A stretch of DNA of 64,000 nucleotides from Oculina patagonica (Eukaryota), in assembly GCF_052425735.1 (NCBI RefSeq), contig NC_135766.1, forward strand, positions 11,594,001-11,658,000, written 5' to 3'. The translations under genes and the position numbers were made by a program. A model generated the notes under the pieces. The model had not been told where the DNA came from and made no database searches. It saw only the letters and a program-made list of their open reading frames with translations. Position 1 is the stretch's first letter, and every line of letters starts with the position of its first letter. Below, piece by piece: positions 58,741-64,000 of this stretch.

Positions 58741-61241
58741 CATCCTCGTCGTCGTCACTAGATTGCTGTTCAGCTAACCAAAGAAATTGAAATTCAGCTA
58801 AAAATCTTTAATAAAACTCCACCAATACAAAACTAAACAGAAAAGAAGAATCTTTTATTTTACATGTTGAATTGACAAAAACTAGCCATGGTATATTGCA
58901 ACTATTGAGTTTTGATTGGATTACAGGTCATGGTATATGAGCTCATATATCATTGACCACAAATATGTTAGGTGTACGCGTCAGCGAGAACAGCTGGGGA
59001 GCTCAAATATTGCAATTCTTTTGTTGTTTTTAATAAAAAAAATAATTCTACTGCACGCTACCATCTCATTACCAACACGCACACTCGTGGAATAGTTGTT
59101 TAATTTAAAATACCTGCTGATTCGAATGCAAGAAGGAATCGTAAGGAGCCCATTAGTGATCCACTTTGCTTGGCTTCCTAAACAGATGAAGGAAGAAAGA
59201 TACATCAAAAACAACAATGGTCACAAAGTGTTCAGGGCTAAGGTGGCATTAACTTCGCTTGTTGCTAGGGCAGTTATTCACGTATCTGTCTCGCCACGGT
59301 TATAGTACAGTAATGGCCTTCACTGGTTACCAGGCCTAAAATGTCAAGAGGCTAATGACCTTTTAAAGGATCAGATTTGATCACCACGATTTTAAAACCT
59401 ACTTAGGACCTTAGGATATTGCCAGCAATAATTCTGCGATTGGCTGTTCTTCAGTCATCATATCATTAAGACTTGTATATATTTGAATTAGAAAAAAAGC
59501 GTGGAGTAGTCTTCTGTTTTAGTAGACACTCCTAAGGAATACAGTCCAAAACCTGTCAATATCAGTAAATAGAAAACAGTGGGAATCGCGTCAATCAGAT
59601 TTGCGGATTTCCAAAAGAATGCCAAAAAAAAACGTTGCTTACCTTTAACAAGTTCCCGTACTTCTGTGCCTTCTTCTCGTCCTTGAATGACGAAGAGTAG
59701 TTTTGAAGCAAAGTGAGAATGTCGATTCTGTCGTGTCGCGTCATCTCTTCCTTGTTCTTTTTCCACAGCTTTTCATAAAATTTAAATGCCTCGGCTTCGT
59801 ACTTTTTGACCAGATCCTTCTCACGGAGTATTTTACACAATCTTAACAGATCTTGCAAAATATCTTCTCTCTGTTGGCGCGGTAGCTTTTTGGTGTCTGG
59901 GGAATTCCATGCCCCTTCATAGAACCAAAGAGCTTCTCGTTGGTACTTTTTCTCCGTCTGCCTGTCACCAAAGTCACTGAGCCGTTCGTTTATTGATTCA
60001 ATGATTTTCTTGTTGGCCAATGAAAATTCAAATCCTTCGAATTCTCTTTCTTCATCCCAGTAACGTAGATAAAACTCAAACCATTCCTTCTGAAATTTTG
60101 TCCTTCTCAAGCCTCTAAGCATCCCCTCGTAGGTTTGAACGAGTCGGACCATAATTTCGCTGTGATTTCCTTGTCCCAAGGATTTTTCAATCTCCCAGGC
60201 TTCTGCGTAGTACTCTTCCGCTTCATCAAAGTCCTCTAAAGTTCGACAAAGTTCCGCCATTTGAAAGGCACTCCGAGCAGTCAACGGATGGTTTCCTAGA
60301 ATGTCTTTCCTAATCTCGTACGCGTCCTTTGCAGGCTGGTAAGCTTCTTCGAACTCTCTCAGCCACGCGTACGAGTTTGCAATGTTTCTGTCATACAGCG
60401 CTGTGTTTAGCATTCCTGGGATTTTGAGCTCCTTGGCGAGTTCTAGGGCCTCTTTATAGCATTCAATTGCCTTGTGGAATTCCCTCTTCCCTTCATAAAC
60501 TGTACCGATCTGAACTTTGAAAAATGGCATGTCAAAGTGATTCATAGAACCAGAGAGTTTCTTCCTCATTTCGTAAGCTTTCGTGTAGTACTTTATCGCT
60601 TCATCATGTTTGCCTGACTTGTTGTGACAGTTCCCAATGGCGTTCAAGCATCTGGAGGTGCTTGTGTGGCTCTGCAGGGTCTTCCATTATCTTCAGTGAC
60701 CGATGCAAGATCCTTAGTGATTTTGCCATTTTTCCTGCTCTGTAGTAAACTTCACCCTGAACATAGAGGTAAGAGCTTTGAATAAGCCTGAAGAATTCGC
60801 TGTCTTTGGCTTCTTTTTGTATTGTCTTCAGTGACTCATCTGCCCCCTTTAGCACTTCCAAAGCTTTCTGCCATCCCTCAAGTTGAAGGACCTGTAAAGC
60901 TTCTCGGCTCTTCAATTCCGCTCGAAGTAAGGATCCTAGTTAAACATAAAACACAATAAAATCACGAAATAGCATTTTCATAGACAAACACCACAAAAAA
61001 TGGCTTATTCATTTTGTAGGAAACAAAACTAGGATGTTTATTTCTGAAAAGCCTGCGAATTCGGACAGTAATTTAAAATCCTCTCAAACGTACTTAAAGA
61101 TGTCATTTTGTCCCAGCACAAATGGGTGTAAACTGTAGCTGCCTTACACACCTCGATTTGGTTTAAGTCATTTCATTAAAATAAATGCTAAAACTAATCT
61201 CATAGTTGTCTCAGGCAAAATGCAAGTGCTGTTTTTCTTAT

Positions 61242-61293
<52 letters not shown>

Positions 61294-61440
61294 GTCAGTC
61301 AGTCAGTCAATCAGTCAGTCAGTCAATCATTCAGTCAATCAGTCAGTCACTAAAATCAATCAATGGCTCAATCCATACACCCATTCATCAATCTTCCCAT
61401 CGATCGATCGATCAAACGATAAATCAAAAATCGATCAAAC
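61242..61440. repeat. (TCAA)n/(TCAG)n microsatellite
   Basis: Direct reading. Confidence 0.9.
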
Positions 61441-63639
61441 ACACAAACACAAACACAAACACATCAACTAACAAATGAAAAAAAAAACATGATTCTGTCC
61501 AGCATCTCTATCTCTCTTTACGGAAAAAAAAGACACGCATATATAAGGGTCCAACAGACAGGACTGACAGGAGTAAGATGAAAAGGCAAACATGGAACTC
61601 ATTGACTCTTTTCTTGGCAAGAGTCTGATGTACCATTTTATGCTTCTCATTTTTGGATTTTTTGGGACGCATGAATTAATAATCTACAAACAAAACAAAA
61701 TCATCCAATCAGTAAATAAATCAGCAACATTTTTCTTAGTTGATCTTTAACTGGAAATTCATTAATGTTAATATAAAACGTTTGCTTCGACGAAGGGTAA
61801 CGCTCGAAACATCAGCTTTTCAAAATTCACTGCTGCAGTTTACTAATTTTCGACAATTTACAATCAACTACAATCAAGTGTTTCTCTCCCTGAAATATCC
61901 TTCAGTTTGGACATGAAAAGGTTACAAAACCTTTATCTTGCCTTCTGGTAAACTTTCATGAAAACGGTGCTGTTACCGATGCTCCTTAAAAACTTTCGCA
62001 TCAACGGATGAATGTCGTAGGAGAGGACCTTCGCCTCTGGGTCAACCGATACTACTTTGCAATTTCGCAAGCCCTCCAGCTGTATAACAGCTTCCGACAA
62101 GTCCACCCCGAGGATGGTAGCGGCTGCTTCGGCAGAGAAAGGACGGCCAAATAATGACACTGAAACGGCACTCTCTTTTAACCTTTTACTCGGCAGGAAG
62201 AAAAACATTTTTCTCAAGCAGTTCTCTTGTTCTTTGTCAATTCCTTCCTTTTTGTAATCGAATAGTTCTCTCTCCTGTGTAACTTTCTCTGTCGGTGTTA
62301 ATCTCGTTTCTGGGATTCCGATCACCACCTCTTGCTCTATGGTTTCAAGAAGCTTTTTGTCATCTGTTGTCTTCTGCCTTAAGATGGCGGCCATTCCGTT
62401 TAGGATAAGGGGATTCCCTTGGCACATTTGTATCAATTTCTCCCTTTGTTCGTCTCCAAGACCAAGATTTCCATGGGTTTGAAGCAATATACCTGCGACA
62501 GTCTTATCTAACGCCTTAACCTCATAATTTTCGACATCTAGAGAATCACCGTGACGAATCGTAGTTCTCGAAGTCAACAAAATCTTCAACTTTGATTTTC
62601 CCTGAACGCGCTGAAGTCTTCGGAGAAACGTCGCAAAGTTGATATTGTGGTCCTTGGCAGCGTCTGCTTCTCCTCCCGCAAACTGATCAACATTATCCAA
62701 AAGTAACAGGATGTCGCTTTCGTCGTCTTGCATCAGTTGTTGCATTTGACCAATGACTGGATTTGCTTCGTAGCTTACGAACATTTGCTTCGATCCCGTT
62801 AATGCGTTCAGAACGTGGAAGTGAACGCTTTTTATCTCGGTTATTCCTCTAAAGTCGGCTTTCAATTTTCTGCCAGGCCACTTTGATAAAGTTTCAATGG
62901 CTAGCGTAGTCTTGCCAACCCCACTGGATCCATACAAATTCATAACACTCGAACTGCCTGTTAATAGCTTTGTCATAACTCTCTCCAAGTCGTGAACTCT
63001 GCCAGTTAAATCTCCTTTTGTCTTTTCGGCCTCTCCCTGGCGTACAGTTTTGAAGCATTGAATCTTTTCTTGGATGCTCTCCTTCTTGGAGGTTTTTGGA
63101 GTTACAAACCCCTCTAACAAAGTTAGATTGTCCTCCGACACGAGTCCTTGATTGGCAAATATGTGCAGACATGAATACAGATCTCGCTCTTGTTGATCTT
63201 CAAATTTGCCTTTAAAATTTCTTTTAATAGACGAAACGGCAACTTCGAGTTCTTCAGGGCTTAATTCACTTGAAACGTCTTTAAGAAGTTTGTCAAAATC
63301 AGGAGAAATCTCTCCTGTCGCCGAAACTGTTTCGATCGACGCCATCTTTGCCAAATATCAATGCAATAAAGTTATGCAAAGTATAATCAGACATTGTTCA
63401 TAAAATGATGAAAACATTCACGCAACCCTCGACCTACAGAGAGCTGTCCTATTTTCTGCATTTAATCTGTACTACAGCTGGTCACAAAGATAAGAAAATT
63501 TTGCCACCAAAGCCATCATCATCCACTCAATTAATTAACTGGTCATGATAAAGAGCATAACCGCGGCAATAATGTTTTACAAGTGCGAAACACGCAACGC
63601 TCAAAGGCATAACTGATGAAAATATCTACTAATGATAAA

Positions 63640-63720
63640 GATGAAATGTTTATTTGTCAAGAGCGTGCATGGGACAAAGGAAAATATCTGAGTCCCCGAT
63701 GGGAATCGAACCCATGGCCG
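63640..63720 (-). mobile_element. tRNA-derived SINE fragment
   Basis: Minus strand GGGTTCGATTCCCATCGGGGACTCAGATATTTTCCTTTGTCCCATGC. Same family as 15390-15700. Confidence 0.55.
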
Positions 63721-64000
63721 TGAAAACGGCTTTGACGCAAGCATAAGCACAAGGATCAATTTTTTTTTTCCTTTTCTTGCGCTTGTGCTTGCGTTCATGT
63801 GAAAACAAAACACCGCATAAGCACAAGAAAATTGTTTACGTCTGGCCATGTCTAGCCAATTACTGAGCACTCGCTTCAAATTCTCCCGGGTCTGAACATT
63901 TGAACAAATTAGCGGAGGCAGGACCTTTTTATTTGATAAAAAGTGCTTTGGAAAGAGTAAATAATAGAAGCTTAAAAATATTAAATTAAATCAGATGTTC

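Larger units (their letters stand above)
58532..63354 (-). pseudogene. Copy A: disrupted paralog of gene B (DED-STAND-TPR-acidic, no GT4); segments 63354-~61888, 60935-59643, 59177-59114, 58773-58520
   Basis: Premature TAA at 61933-61935 (GAC in B). Homology is lost after NLFMSKLKDISG, so the exon end and donor are missing. 2-nt deletion at ~60678 (CAGGGTC vs CAGGAGGTC). TAG at 58532-58534 (CAG in B). Confidence 0.8.

Overview
AT-rich, intron-containing animal genomic DNA. The repeat families and gene content suggest a cnidarian, probably a stony coral (inference). There is one 145-nt assembly gap. All host genes are on the minus strand and form a tandem cluster of multidomain, probably innate-immune, genes built around a single-exon GT-B/family-4 glycosyltransferase (GT4) module that occurs five times. 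Splicing the exons by hand (GT-AG sites, matching phases, totals divisible by 3) gives four units. (A) 63354-58532: a disrupted DED + STAND/NB-ARC + TPR + acidic copy lacking the GT4 exon. (B) 48953-41486: an apparently intact ~1483-aa DED + STAND/NB-ARC + TPR + acidic + GT4 gene. (C) 26447-14585: a ~1594-codon GT4(pseudo) + Roc GTPase + COR + GT4(intact) + C-terminal transmembrane-tail gene, with no LRR or kinase in the exons found. (D) 6196-<1: a tandem GT4(pseudo)-linker-GT4 gene running off the window. B and C share a paralogous 3' cassette (1237-nt GT4 exon, small tail exon, purine tract, last exon, 3' flank), so one glycosyltransferase effector cassette appears grafted onto two unrelated nucleotide-switch platforms, a STAND ATPase and a ROCO GTPase. 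Intergenic and intronic DNA is packed with mobile elements. These include a four-layer nest (Penelope > Ginger-like > Harbinger > hAT-like with 5-bp TSD) with the TSDs of the three inner elements readable, Kolobok-like, Crypton-like and Helentron-like elements, SINEs and MITEs.
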